From Corallochytrium limacisporum Hawaii (taxonomy: Eukaryota; Protista; Pluriformea), in contig PDIP01000016.1 of NCBI GenBank assembly GCA_002811645.1, positions 62,001 through 126,000 on the forward strand: a DNA stretch of 64,000 nt, given 5' to 3'. Made by a program: the position numbers and the translations under genes. Shown here piece by piece: positions 21,583-33,400 of this stretch (positions are counted from its first letter, which is position 1; the number at the start of each line of letters is the position of its first letter). The notes below the pieces were generated by a model, which saw nothing but the letters and a program-made list of their open reading frames with translations, was not told where the DNA came from and did no database searches.

Positions 21583-23193
21583 TCAACGGAGCATCCGCCT
21601 GACACCGAACGCGAGCCCGACAGCAATGCCTGCACCGACGAGAAGGACCATCAGAGGCTGAGGGATTAATCCTTTGGGACTAGCATACTCAATGTCTCCG
21701 TGCTCTTCCCTACGGATCACCTCTTTCATGTCCTCTGCACTAATGGCCCCCACTCGCAGGCAGCGAGTCGGGTTCTTCATGAGCTCGGCCAGCTGCGGAG
21801 GCAGAGGTACGTGTTCTCCAGGGATGGCACGCTCAGTGGCCTCTTGAAACTTTCCGGGGTGCGCAGTCAGCAGAGTACAAATAGGTTGTCCACCATGGCT
21901 ACCTCCGTTAGTGGTTCCGTTGGAGGTGCCATCTCGGCGTTCTTGGTACTTCTCTGTGGCATAAACACCAATCGCAGAGTGCGGACACAGTAGATACCCG
22001 GCCTCGCGGTAGTAGCGACGGATGGTCTTGACAATTTCGTTGGTGTTGGCGTTGAACGAGTCAAACTCGGACTGAGCACGCTGCAGCTGCTGCGGCGTAA
22101 CTGTCAGGCGTCCCGTGGCCTTGAAAATGTCCATGAGTTCCTTCAGCTGTGCACTGTCATGGTCGCATAACATGTACAGGTACCGCTCAAAATTGGAAGA
22201 GATGCTAATATCCATGGCGGGTGCAAGGGACGGCACTACTTTCTTGATGCTGTAGTCACCGGCACTGAACATACGATGTAGGATGTCGTTGTGATTGGTG
22301 GCCACAATCAGACGACTTATCGGAAGACCCATCTGCTTGGCATAGTAACCTGCTAGAACATCGCCGAAATTTCCTGTCGGCACCGTGAAAACAACAGGGT
22401 TGCCAAACTGTACGTCTCCGCTGTCGCACATTTGGTTGTAAGCATGGAAGTAGTATACAATTTGGGCCAGAATGCGAGCCCAGTTAATGCTATTGACGGC
22501 ACCGAGATTTTGGGACCGCTTGAAATCAAGATCACCAAAGAGTTCCTTGACAATGTTCTGACAGTCATCAAAGATGCCGTCGATGCCAATATTGTGAATG
22601 TTGTCGTCCAGGACGGTAGTCATCTGACGCTCCTGGATCGGTGCAACTCGACCAGATGGGTGCAACATGTAGACATCAATGTTTTCCTTACCGCGCACAC
22701 CATAAATTGCTGCACTACCAGTGTCTCCGGAAGTGGCGCCTACAATTGTCATGTGTCTGCCCGGGTGGCGCTTGAGCAGGTACTCAAACAGAGATCCTAG
22801 GAATTGCAGAGCGACGTCTTTGAAGGCAAACGTTGGTCCATGGAACAATTCCAGTACAATTTGATCATCGGCAGGACGGCGATGGTTTCCCTTGCGTTTG
22901 AGGCCCGAAACGTGTTTCACAGGTGTCACGAGCTTGGAGCGGAAGGTACTGTAGGACTTTTGAGCAAGGTGCGCCAAGTCAGCAGTTGGGATCTCTTCCT
23001 CAGAGATATACTTGCGCCAGATCTTAACAGCCAGATCTTGGAAACAAAGACCGCGCCAGGCAGTCAGCTCCTCATATGAAACAGAAGGAATAGATTCCGG
23101 CACATAGAGTCCGCCATCGTCGCAGAGACCTTCCAGCACCACCTCTTCAAAGGTACGGCCAGCGGATCCACCCCGAGTACTACAGTAACGCAT
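21583..23193 (-). CDS. THR4: Threonine synthase (PLP-dependent) with C-terminal hydrophobic tail
   Basis: Y.STRG, ELFHGPTFAFKD (PLP Lys), ATSGDTG, NSINWAR, PTGNFG, SSNFER, TAHP.KF. Confidence 0.95.
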   Translation of the reverse strand: MRYCSTRGGSAGRTFEEVVLEGLCDDGGLYVPESIPSVSYEELTAWRGLCFQDLAVKIWRKYISEEEIPTADLAHLAQKSYSTFRSKLVTPVKHVSGLKRKGNHRRPADDQIVLELFHGPTFAFKDVALQFLGSLFEYLLKRHPGRHMTIVGATSGDTGSAAIYGVRGKENIDVYMLHPSGRVAPIQERQMTTVLDDNIHNIGIDGIFDDCQNIVKELFGDLDFKRSQNLGAVNSINWARILAQIVYYFHAYNQMCDSGDVQFGNPVVFTVPTGNFGDVLAGYYAKQMGLPISRLIVATNHNDILHRMFSAGDYSIKKVVPSLAPAMDISISSNFERYLYMLCDHDSAQLKELMDIFKATGRLTVTPQQLQRAQSEFDSFNANTNEIVKTIRRYYREAGYLLCPHSAIGVYATEKYQERRDGTSNGTTNGGSHGGQPICTLLTAHPGKFQEATERAIPGEHVPLPPQLAELMKNPTRCLRVGAISAEDMKEVIRREEHGDIEYASPKGLIPQPLMVLLVGAGIAVGLAFGVRRMLR

Positions 23194-23268
23194 GGCTTGA
23201 TTTGTAAGTTCCTTCTTTAAGTTATGCAGTGAACAAATTTACCAACCCTATTAAAAACACTTTGAGGT

Positions 23269-23304
23269 CGACACTGTCTACAGGAACGACACTGTCTACA
23301 GGAA
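23269..23304 (+). repeat. Perfect 18-bp tandem duplication CGACACTGTCTACAGGAA x2
   Basis: Read directly: units 23269-23286 and 23287-23304. Confidence 0.92.
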
Positions 23305-24220
23305 CATACTTTACCGTCAGCAAAATTCCGGTCCGGTGTTTGTTATTGAATGGAGACTTCTTCCAGGGTCACTCCGAACAAATCCATTTCATTAGCACAT
23401 ATGATCTCCCATGTTGTAGGAGTTCTATAATAAAGTACCCTATTTACTGGTGTGCTCATCACGGAAGTGATAAAAAAAACAACATGGGGTACAGTGGGAT
23501 TCTTCGGACCGACCCGTTCGGTGAAATGGACCCCCTGCTGGCCAACCCGCCCCACCTTCCCTTGCCCAACCCACCCACCACAAAACCACCCCTGGACCTC
23601 CACAGCACACGAGTGAGAGAGCCATTCGAATCCGTTCCTTCTACACATAACAATTCTTCGCTATGTGGTCGAGAGATGGGATAGCCATGCCCCGGGTCGG
23701 TGGCATAAGCGTCGGGCATGGACAACAATTTCTGAATTTTTCCAGGGCGGACAACATAGCCACAGCGGAGCGGTTACTTACAGGCGTCACTTTAAACAAA
23801 TTGGTTTGTTCAGTATTGGAAACTCACATCTGCAGCTGCAGGCGAGGGCCATTTCGACTTTATCTGTTCGATATCCACGAAGGAAACGCTTCAGGACCCA
23901 CTCCCGCACCCAAGCCCTACCATGCGTTTTTAAACAAAAAATGAAACCCTAATAGTTTATGTAACTCTGAAACACTGTGGCTCTGAGATGTACGGGGCCG
24001 ATGTGTTCTTAACCTAAGAGCGGTGAGGTGTAGTATGATAGACCAAGGTGATGTCTGGAAACGAGCACCAGGTATCATACTCTTTGTGTTTCTTTACGAC
24101 GTTGGCTTTGGAATTGTTCCTTTGGCAATCGTCCCTGCGATGCTGCTACAGTTGTTCCTTACCCGCATTTTCAATCCGATGGTTTGTATGTGGAAGTGTA
24201 TTTGCAGACACCCTTGCCGG

Positions 24221-24655
24221 TTACAAGTTGCTCTTCAGCATAGTACTGAGTTGGCCATTTCGTGATGCAGCTTGGACATCACTGTTACCACCCAGGTGCT
24301 GACCGTTGATGAATACATTGGGCACCGTGCGCTGCCCGCTAACCGTGGCCAAGTATGACTGAATGTCGCTGCCATGGGCCTCCTGATCGAGCTCCATGAT
24401 ATGAACGTCAGCATTAATCTTGGACAGAGTGCGTTTGGTCTCATCGCAGTAAGGACAGTAGCTCTTGGAGAAGACCATGACCTGCTTGTTCTTGATCAGG
24501 CCGTCGACTTCCTCCTTCAGAGGTCCTGAGATGGTGCTGGACTGGCTGGCACCCATGCTGAAGAAACGTCCCGGTGCTGCGGTCGCAATCAAAGGGATTC
24601 TCAAAGTTCGGATAGTAGTCTGCTGGAAGATGTTTCCCCGCATTACTGCAAGCAT
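24221..24655 (-). CDS. Dithiol glutaredoxin (CPYC) with N-terminal extension; in-frame ATGs at 24655, 24643 and 24556
   Basis: FSKSYCPYC, TVPNVFING..LGG.SD. Confidence 0.93.
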   Translation of the reverse strand: MLAVMRGNIFQQTTIRTLRIPLIATAAPGRFFSMGASQSSTISGPLKEEVDGLIKNKQVMVFSKSYCPYCDETKRTLSKINADVHIMELDQEAHGSDIQSYLATVSGQRTVPNVFINGQHLGGNSDVQAASRNGQLSTMLKSNL

Positions 24656-25085
24656 ACCGCAAAAGTCAATTGTATGCAAGGCTGCTGGTGGTGTATCTGA
24701 TAGCTTTACTATTGTGGAATAAATATGAGGGTAGTATTGAAGTAGTCCTCTTCTTCCTCATGTACCACACTGGTCCAGGTCATGCAGCAATAGTCATTTC
24801 ATGCCCAGAACGGTCTAAAACGTTGCACGAGCGTTGTTGAAACATGGTGTTCTGCAACGCTTCGCCGGCTTGCAGCGGCACCCACCATCCACGGGACCGG
24901 GTTGGACAGGCGTGCGGTGCTGACAACTAAGGACTAAGCAGCAGTTCATAGTAAATGTATGGGGCCATCAGAAGATAGGCCCGGGGAAGTACGCGTCTCC
25001 AAATTTTCTTCATGCAAAGGAGGAAGTTGGACGATTCGTGAAGGACCAGCAACACATTTACTATGCAACTCTTGAACGGCGTCCT

Positions 25086-25105
25086 CCCCCCGCGGGGGGG
25101 GGGGG
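25086..25105. promoter_or_regulatory. C6-GC-G12 tract in the divergent GRX/MCEE interval
   Basis: CCCCCCGCGGGGGGGGGGGG read directly. Confidence 0.5.
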
Positions 25106-25917
25106 CCAACTCTCATGACCGTCGCCGAACATGGGCACACAAGCCGAAGCCAGGACATGAGCAGGATATTTTTAACCGGAGATCGAATCAACACAACTTT
25201 TGTACTATATTAGAGTGTGCGAGGTCAGCTGTATTTCAAAAATACGGGATTTGTGAACTTTCCAGTACCGTGCCACCTGTGGGCCAGAAATTTTTCCATT
25301 ACTATTTGTTTCTCTAACAAATTCGAGGGGAAAGAGCAGCTGTCCAATCAGTTTTGCGACCTATATTGATATATGATATACGGATATTATCTATGAACAC
25401 TGCGGGATGGAGAACCAAAAGTATTCAAAAGTCCAATCCACAGAGGCCTCCCCTCCCTCACGAGAGTGGGCGGAAGGGTAAGCGAACTTGGGAACGACGG
25501 CCAATTGATTGCGGGTCTGGTTTGGTCTACCGTGTTTCCCACAGAGGGACGTTCCGCCCAAGCAGTACCTGGTGAAGAGTGAACCATGGACCCTGAGTCT
25601 TACGCTCTACTAGAGACCCTCTCTGTGCTCGTGTCTTCTCACACTCACAAGAAGGAACACTGCACGTATGCGGTTCTCCTCCCGTGCAAGTTACCTATAC
25701 ATCTCCAGGGTTGCCATCTATGGGCGGACGAAACTAGTTGCTTACTATGTGCACGCATTGCCTATGGTGTTCTTCCATTCGATATATTTGAATACGAATG
25801 AAACTATTTTGGAATCGTGCGTCACAGAGTGAGGTGAACGTTGGAGAATGGCGATCAGTCACACAGACAAGGCAACGATAGAAAGGACTAAACAACTTTG
25901 CTAACAAGCAATAGACC

Positions 25918-26412
25918 ATGTTCCGCCAGTTTGCTACCGGAGCCCTGCGCAACAGCGCTGCCCTTGCTTCCCGCCGTACTATGAGCACCGAGGCTGTTCC
26001 CAGTGAACTGTGGAAGCTTGGAAGGCTTAACCATGTCGCTATTGCTGTGCCGAACATGGAAAAGGCCACGGCATTCTACAGGGATATTCTTGGAGCCAAA
26101 GTTTCGGCCCCTGAGGACTTGCCGGCGCATGGTGTAACCACGGTCTTTGTGGAGCTGGACAATACCAAGTTTGAGCTCCTGCACCCCTTCGGAGAGAACT
26201 CCCCGATCGCCAACTTCTTAAAGAAGAACGCTGACGGCGGTATTCACCACGTCTGCATTGAGGTCGATGACATCCACAAGGCTGTTGATGCCGTGACAAA
26301 GAACATTCGGGCTTTGAACAAGGAGCCTAAGATTGGTGCTCACGGCAAACCGGTCGTTTTCCTGCACCCCAAGGACTGCAATGGTGTGCTGGTTGAGCTT
26401 GAGGAGGCCTAA
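25918..26412 (+). CDS. MCEE: Methylmalonyl-CoA epimerase, mitochondrial
   Basis: Arg-rich presequence; LNHVAIAVP, GIHHVCIEV, IGAHGKPV.FLHPKD..GVLVELE. Confidence 0.96.
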   Translation: MFRQFATGALRNSAALASRRTMSTEAVPSELWKLGRLNHVAIAVPNMEKATAFYRDILGAKVSAPEDLPAHGVTTVFVELDNTKFELLHPFGENSPIANFLKKNADGGIHHVCIEVDDIHKAVDAVTKNIRALNKEPKIGAHGKPVVFLHPKDCNGVLVELEEA

Positions 26413-26625
26413 GTCGTCGCGATCTTGATTCAAAACCTGTTCTCGGTTTCCCATTTCGAAACTGAAGTTCCTTTTTCCTCCCACATCCAATATAGTTCCA
26501 TTAGCAAATTTATACGACTCATCCAAAGTGCATCATGATCGTTTCCTATCGACTTCAACGATGTTTTGAATTCGTTTATTGGAAGCAGAGTGTGATCTGA
26601 GTTATGATCGGTCTAAAACTCCTTT

Positions 26626-28509
26626 TCAATGACTGTCCTCAACCTGCAGGTCCCGCGCCACCATCTTTTGGCAGATGGAATGGTAAGAATCTTTGTGTTC
26701 CTTAAAGAAATCGACAGTCTGCTGTTTTACGTTCGCATCACCGCAGTTGAAGAGATCACGGAACAGGGGACGGGTAAACTTCATTCGCCCCTGTGTCCGA
26801 AGCATCTCAAAAGCCTGCTCGGCGAAGCCGAATTCTTTGGATCGAATGGCAAGAGTGAGGAAGCGGAAAAGTAACTCCGCATTCTTGGTCGTGGCAAAGC
26901 CATACACATCGCCGAGCCGACTGACCCGCTGCCCGTCCAAAGGTGCGCGGTCGATCAGTTTTTCGAGGAACACGATCTTTTGTTTGGTGTTGTAGTCTGA
27001 AACATCATTGGCATTCGCACTCAGCCAGTCTGCGTCTGTCTCACTCAACCATTTGGAAACTAGACGGTCGATCTCTTGCAGCAGATCCATGCTAATGTCA
27101 GGCTGTTCCGGGGGCATCCCAACGGCAAGGATCCATTTGTCCCACGCAATGGCGTCCAGCTTCCCCTGGTCTACATTGCCTGCCTCACGGAAGAACTTGA
27201 GGAAATGTTCCTTCATGTCCGCCACGGTAATGCTTTGGTACTCAAAGTCCGAAAAGTACTGCTTCAGCCACGGTTCAAAGTTTTCTGGTCCACCAACAAC
27301 CTTCTCCAGATGGCGGAGCAAATTGTACCCCTTCTCATAGGGAATGGAGCTGAACGAATCGTCAGGATCAACGTCCTGGTATTCAATGTGTAAGGCGGTG
27401 AACCGGTGGTCCTCACCGTATCTCTTGATGTCATCGCGCATGTCGCACCAGCCGACGTAGGCATCGAGCTCAGACAATTCAAAACCGTACAGTTTGGAGC
27501 AAATTCGGCGCTCAATGAAGACCGTAAACCCTTCGTTAAGCCAGAAGTCACTCCAAGTCGCATTGGTGACCAGATTACCAGACCAGCTGTGAGCAGCCTC
27601 GTGGGCCACGACATTGACCAGCGACCGATCCCCCGCAATCAGGGTCGGTGTCACAAAGGTCAGGCACGGATTTTCCATACCTCCGTACGGGAAGCTCGGC
27701 GGCAGCAAGAGAATATCGTAGCGTCCCCAACGGTATGGAGGAAGGAAGCTCTCAGCAGCCTGCAGAAATTTCTCCGTCTCCGCAAATTCCTTTGCACCCG
27801 CATCGACCATCGATGGCTCGCTCCACACCGCGGAACGGGGGCCTACCTCCCGGCTCTCCAAATCACCGACCACTAGTGCCAACAGGTAGCTTGAGATGGG
27901 CACCTTCTGTTCGAAACGGCAGACGTTCATTTCTGTTCCCTCGACGTCAGCTTTGTCTGATCCGGTCAACACGGCGCTCATTAGGGCTTTCAGTGGTGGA
28001 TGCACTATTACCTCAGCGCTGTACGTGTGCTTGATGGCTGGTGTGTCTTGGCAAGGAACAAATGATCGAGCGTGGATTGCCTGGCACTGGGTGAACATGT
28101 AAGGATGCTGTTTACCTGCAGTCTGTGAAGGGTCGAGCCACTGTAGAGCGCTTGCGTCAGGGCTCGTTTCGTATTCAATGCGAATCAAGAGGCGGGATCC
28201 CTTGCTTGCGCCGTTGGGCAGTGGTAGCTTGAGCGGAGTACCGTAGGCTGCGTGCTTTGGGCCTTCCTCCCACTCCAGCTGCGTGGTGCTGCCAGATTCG
28301 ACTAGTTCTGCGGCACAGACAGTAATGTCCCGTGTGTCAAGTACAATCTCTTTGATCTCTGTTTTGGGTTCAATGTGCAGGTGCACGAGGCTGTGCACGG
28401 ACTTGGTCTCGAAGTCTGGTAGGAGCCTGAGCTTCATGTGCGTAATGGGAGCGTCATAATAGTTGCTCTGCGTGCAAGTATCACGCTCTTTCGGAATCGA
28501 GATGCTCAT
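26626..28509 (-). CDS. LTA4H: Leukotriene A4 hydrolase-like M1 aminopeptidase
   Basis: QCQAIHAR, FPYGGMEN, HEAAH plus WLNEG zinc motif, PYEKG, GRMKF.RP. Confidence 0.95.
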   Translation of the reverse strand: MSISIPKERDTCTQSNYYDAPITHMKLRLLPDFETKSVHSLVHLHIEPKTEIKEIVLDTRDITVCAAELVESGSTTQLEWEEGPKHAAYGTPLKLPLPNGASKGSRLLIRIEYETSPDASALQWLDPSQTAGKQHPYMFTQCQAIHARSFVPCQDTPAIKHTYSAEVIVHPPLKALMSAVLTGSDKADVEGTEMNVCRFEQKVPISSYLLALVVGDLESREVGPRSAVWSEPSMVDAGAKEFAETEKFLQAAESFLPPYRWGRYDILLLPPSFPYGGMENPCLTFVTPTLIAGDRSLVNVVAHEAAHSWSGNLVTNATWSDFWLNEGFTVFIERRICSKLYGFELSELDAYVGWCDMRDDIKRYGEDHRFTALHIEYQDVDPDDSFSSIPYEKGYNLLRHLEKVVGGPENFEPWLKQYFSDFEYQSITVADMKEHFLKFFREAGNVDQGKLDAIAWDKWILAVGMPPEQPDISMDLLQEIDRLVSKWLSETDADWLSANANDVSDYNTKQKIVFLEKLIDRAPLDGQRVSRLGDVYGFATTKNAELLFRFLTLAIRSKEFGFAEQAFEMLRTQGRMKFTRPLFRDLFNCGDANVKQQTVDFFKEHKDSYHSICQKMVARDLQVEDSH

Positions 28510-30425
28510 GATTGGTGCAATAATGTTTTGCTTAGTGCTTGTGCTTCTCTATGGTACAAGTGATCAGTAGATAGTGTACAAAGAATGCACTCTATCACAA
28601 AAACATATCCCGTCAGGATCACAGACGAGATCAACACCAAGCCGGTTGTGCTTTGCTACACGTCGGCACAATCACTGCACAATGTTTCCCAAAGTCCGAG
28701 AGTGCCCTTAATTACCACACAGCTGCATAATCAAATAGGTCAAACTCTAGCTGTTCAAAATGCTACCCACTGTGACCATCAATCCTGTCTTCAGTTCACA
28801 CCCACCGACTCCGGAGTATTGAGCACCGTGAGCGACTTCCCCTGCCCCCTCCCCCTAAAGGGGAGGGGAGGGCACAACATTGTCACCCGTCTTTTTCCTG
28901 GCCCCCCCCCCATCTGGTAGTGCGCAATACGGCATGAGATCGGGACATATGCTGCCTGCTGGCCACCACCGGCTTGGTAGCGGACCTCGGACATATTACC
29001 TGCTCCCTATGGGAGTCTCGTCCGTTTTGCTCCGGTCACTCGCTTTGTTGTTATCGTCCGTTTCGTTTCCAATCCAGGACCCCACCGTGGCCCGGTAATA
29101 TATCTTGGGCAGGTGGCCCTCGCTAGTGTGTTTACAAATGCTTAGTTTTGCGGTCAGGAAAGCCAGACGTCCGTGGTCCGCTGCGAAGTCAGGGAGGTTT
29201 TTCGGTAGTCCACATAGGGACTCCGAAAGTGACACCCCGACACCCCGTTTAGAAGACCGGGAGGCTCAGCACCGCAAAGCACAACATAGAAGCAGTCAGC
29301 GCACAGGAAACAAAAAATCAAACTTGATTGTAATTGATTATATACTTGATTGAATCAACAAAGAGATGCACCGCAGTGGACATCAAGAGTGGATCTGGTT
29401 CGTTGCACTATGCCCTGCTGCCTGAGCGGAAGCCAACAAAGGGCTACACATACCATTAGTGTGCACTTACCGCCATGCTCGAACGCTATGCATCAACATT
29501 GCACCCTCCCTGTAAGCGTACCCTGCAGAGTTCGCGGGCATTTGGGTGGCCATGAGGTTCGCTGGACCGATTAAGATACAGGTGCGCTCAATGAACTTGA
29601 CACGGTATATCACCATCAATTGAAATTCCCCTCGCGGACCCTCGCGGGTTTATCATGTTGTGCGCAAAGGCTCCTCACAGAGACTTTAACTGCATTTCAT
29701 TCCGACCTCAGTATGGGTGACAGTGAGACTCATCATGTATGCATGGAGACAAGACATAACCATGTTTGCAACGAGTCAGAGATCCACTTCCACTAGACGA
29801 TGTAACACCGTGTGGCTTTTGTTTGGAATCTGTGTATCGGATCCTGTCATTGTAGAAGGATGCGTCCATAGGTGTAACAGAATGAGTGTCCGGAGGATCG
29901 CCTCTGATCTTAGTTCCATGAACCTCTGATCCGTATTCCATTTCACGTTGTCTCTTGGCCTTCAATCCCAAGCAAAGATTCCGTACAGGCACTTGCAAAC
30001 CAGCTAGTTAGATTTCACCTGGATCACGGCGGATAATACGGCTTGTTTCACAGGACAAGAGCAGGGCAGGGATCTGTCCATTATCGAAGACAATTATCAG
30101 GCTGCGAGTTCGAATGGCGCCAGTGCAAGCCGGAAGGTACGTTGCAGTATGGCAGAGCCTGGTGGACCGGTTACTCGGAAAGCAGTTTGCTAATGGTGTT
30201 TGGATGGCGACGGATGATGTGGAATGTACCCACGATCACCTCTTGCGTGGGTGCAGCTCGGTGTTGATGTGATTACCCTTCAGCGGACAGTGCTCGGCGG
30301 CGAGGTAAAGATCGGTGCGCCCTCTTGCGCACAATAGGTGCCCCGTGAAGTTGCCCGACACCACCACTCTGACGCGGCGGCCGGCGGACAGGGGCGGACG
30401 AGGAGGGACCGACTGGGCGTGTTGT

Positions 30426-30448
30426 CCCCGCCCCGGGGGGGGGGGGGG
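30426..30448. promoter_or_regulatory. C4-G-C4-G14 tract with no adjacent recognisable gene
   Basis: Same motif class as the tracts found upstream of genes elsewhere in the window. Confidence 0.35.
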
Positions 30449-33400
30449 CCGGTGAGTGGGATCGTTGAATTCATAACTTTCCCAGTGCGTCTTTGCTCAT
30501 ATTCTTCGAGACTGTGCAAGACTATCCAAATTTTCCATGTATTGCATATGAATACAGGGGCTCCTAAGACCTGCTATGTTTGGGTGATAAGGGCAAGCTA
30601 CGGGTGGATGGCATATTGATTACGAGGTGTAAACGTTAGATTATGACACACCGAAACATGTTGTTGAAGAAAATATATATATACATTTGATGTACTTAAG
30701 CCGTCCATCAGCCTATCAACACTGAGTAGCGAAGAAATTTATCTTCAACTTTGCTGTAGTAGACCACATCTACAGGACGCCTGCACACAAAAACGTGGTG
30801 ATAAGGGTTCTAAATTTCCCATACAATCCCATAGTAAATGGGGCTGCAATAGGCGCCAAGTCATATTGCGCAGATACGGATTATCGGATGGGCCCGAGCT
30901 TTGTTTATTGCGGTGAAAGGAAACACAGCCAAGGCGTGCGCTGTTCCCTCAGCACCTGTTGCACAGATTGTGAAGTGGGACCATAGAAGGAAAACGGATG
31001 CGGAGGTTTCATGGAAAGTCTTTGATGCCGACTTGAAAGCGCAGTCACAGAAGGCACAAAGATGAAATTGGGAAGAGATATGAATTTGAACGAAGATACG
31101 GATGGATGGATCATCGGCTGGTTGGAACTGACGTTGGTTTTACACATGTTCTAGCGCGCACACACACTCCAGTCGCTGCCCAATATTGGCAGCAGTGAAG
31201 GACGACTACGATGCCCGGTTTTAGACTTGTGTGTGGCAGATACCGTTGAGTGTTCGGCAAGGCGGTTACAAAACCGGAGGAGGTGGTGAAGGTGGTGGTG
31301 GTGGTGGTAGGCGGGTGTCGTCATATCTGAGGGATTTCACGTTCTCGTATTTACACCGGCCCGACAACACAGGCCAACTTCCGAAACAGTCAAACAGGGC
31401 GTTGAAGGCTCCGCCCCTTCCCCACTTCCCCACACTTGCCCAACCGTGAATCACACAATTCTCCGGAAAAAATGACATTTGCCTTTTACTACATTCAGAA
31501 AAGTTTGGGCTTCGCCATTGTATGTGAGGGTCACCGTGTTGTCTCGTCGATATTCAATTGTCACCGCTTGGACAATCGATGTGTATACTATATCGCTGTC
31601 CGCGCCCTCGAACATGGGAAGCTTGTCCATCACGATGGCAAGTCTGTGTTTCACGAGTCATGAGATGGTCAGACACAGGTTGCGAGTATTATGTAGGATT
31701 CCAAAATTGAGTGGGCAATTGGACTTGAGCTGTGCCGACCGCCAATTGTGTTTCACAAATCATACTGCATGTCAGAAAACCAAACCCAACGAAGCCTTTT
31801 CCATTACATATTTCAGTGCTTAGCTCAGAGAAATGGAATAGAGAGATGTCAACACGGCGGTTTCGTCTGACCATCCCATAGAATTTCCTGCTACTGCAGG
31901 CGCCGGGTGCTGATAGATGGAACCATCCTCTGTGGTGAACCCCTCTCAGCTCGATAGCTGGGGGGTAGAATATTATGTGGTTTTCCAGGGCGAAGGTATC
32001 GTATGGCTCAACCTAGGGATGACTTTGTGCCGACGACAGAAACTCTGAGAGAAGTCGGACGTTCAAGACACTTGGGCGGAATCCATGCGCGATGAGTCCC
32101 TGTACACAACAACTCTTCACTTCCTCGCGAACAAAACCAAAAGAGGGTTACATAGAGAATGTGAGCCAGAATAGAGAATACTGAGATCTCGCAACATCCC
32201 TTCCTGACACCGAGGAGGAGATCTACTTGCGGAATGCTTAGGTCAAGCTGAAGCACACGAGGACAAACCGCCGAAATTTGTACGTACCTTGTGAATACTT
32301 CTCCCTCGCAAGCGTCCATAGACAAGCCTCTTTCCACATCGTCAAACATCGCTGTGCGACAGGGACATGCATCAAAACCGGAAAGCACAATCCGCAGATC
32401 TCCATGGCAGTGCAGTAAAATTCTGGGGCGCAAGACTGATGCAGGGTAGGGATATTTGTCCCTGTTGATTTCTTGTTTTCCTTCTATGTGCAAGGAAATA
32501 GTCGAGCTCCCTTTCAGCCTCCTCGCGGAGATTGGCGTTTCCTCGGCCGGCAAGAGGCATATTAAATACAACAAGAACATTCGGACGGGTCCAGGCCTGT
32601 CGTTGACCCTGAATCTTGACTACCGAGAACTTATTCGTGTTATTGCCCTCGTGTGTTTCCTCACGTTCGTCTGTCGTAGATGTTTCTCCGCATGTGCTTC
32701 TTCGTCTTCCTCATCAGTTCATCATAGACGAGTATGGTGATGATGCCCGAGGGCGTACCTACCTGCTTGTAAGTAGTTAAATATTGTATGGTTTCCCCAG
32801 CAAGGGAGCAAAGGGTTGGGACGGACGAGAGTCACTAGTGTCTGAAATACTTTGCTTTCGTAAGATGATTCCCGTGTTGTTGCCTCCTCCCGCCCGGCAC
32901 TCCTTTCAGCATATGACGGATGTTTGCCTTCGTTTGGAGGTGTGCTTGGATGAAAGCAAAAAATAGTGAGACGTGAGTCTTGTTGCCATTATACCCACTG
33001 TATTGCCTTGGATGCCGTAGGGGAGTTCATGTGCGCATTGGCAGGCTATGGTATGTACATTAATTCTAGTTGTTTTGGGCAAGCTCAGCATCAACATGAT
33101 CAAGAATGTTCGGGAGTTGCGAAGGAGATCTGCAAAGGGGTAGCAAGGCCAGACTCGAAACGCGAGAGAACGTTTTGGGACTGTTGCCGCGATAGTCTAC
33201 GAAAGGAAGAAGGGAGCGACATGCTCAGCACCTATTCAGCAACTCTATGTGTTCTAAAATTTCCGAGACGAATATGTACCCCAGTGGTGATATGTTTACG
33301 ATGGTTCGGAGTTCTTAACTCACAGTCGAAAGTTCTACCTTCAACCTCCACGAATTTCCTATTCGAAGGGTTTGTATTCCCCCATTTGGCATGGAAGAAA

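Noticed and set aside
28981-29270. Possible RNase MRP/SRP-like RNA (CGGACCTCGG; TCCCTATG/CATAGGGA long-range pairing)
   Set aside because: The conserved GAAAGUCC P4 element is not in the right place, there is no SRP helix-8 motif, and both arms have competing local hairpins.
31478-31492. U5 snRNA loop I sequence GCCTTTTAC
   Set aside because: The flanks do not form the required closing stem and I found no Sm site at the expected distance.
32008-32580. 190-aa minus-strand ORF
   Set aside because: Non-ATG start and no recognisable motif.
32698-32720. Hammerhead-like CTGATGA on the minus strand
   Set aside because: It is followed by GAAG rather than GAAA, and stems I-III are absent.
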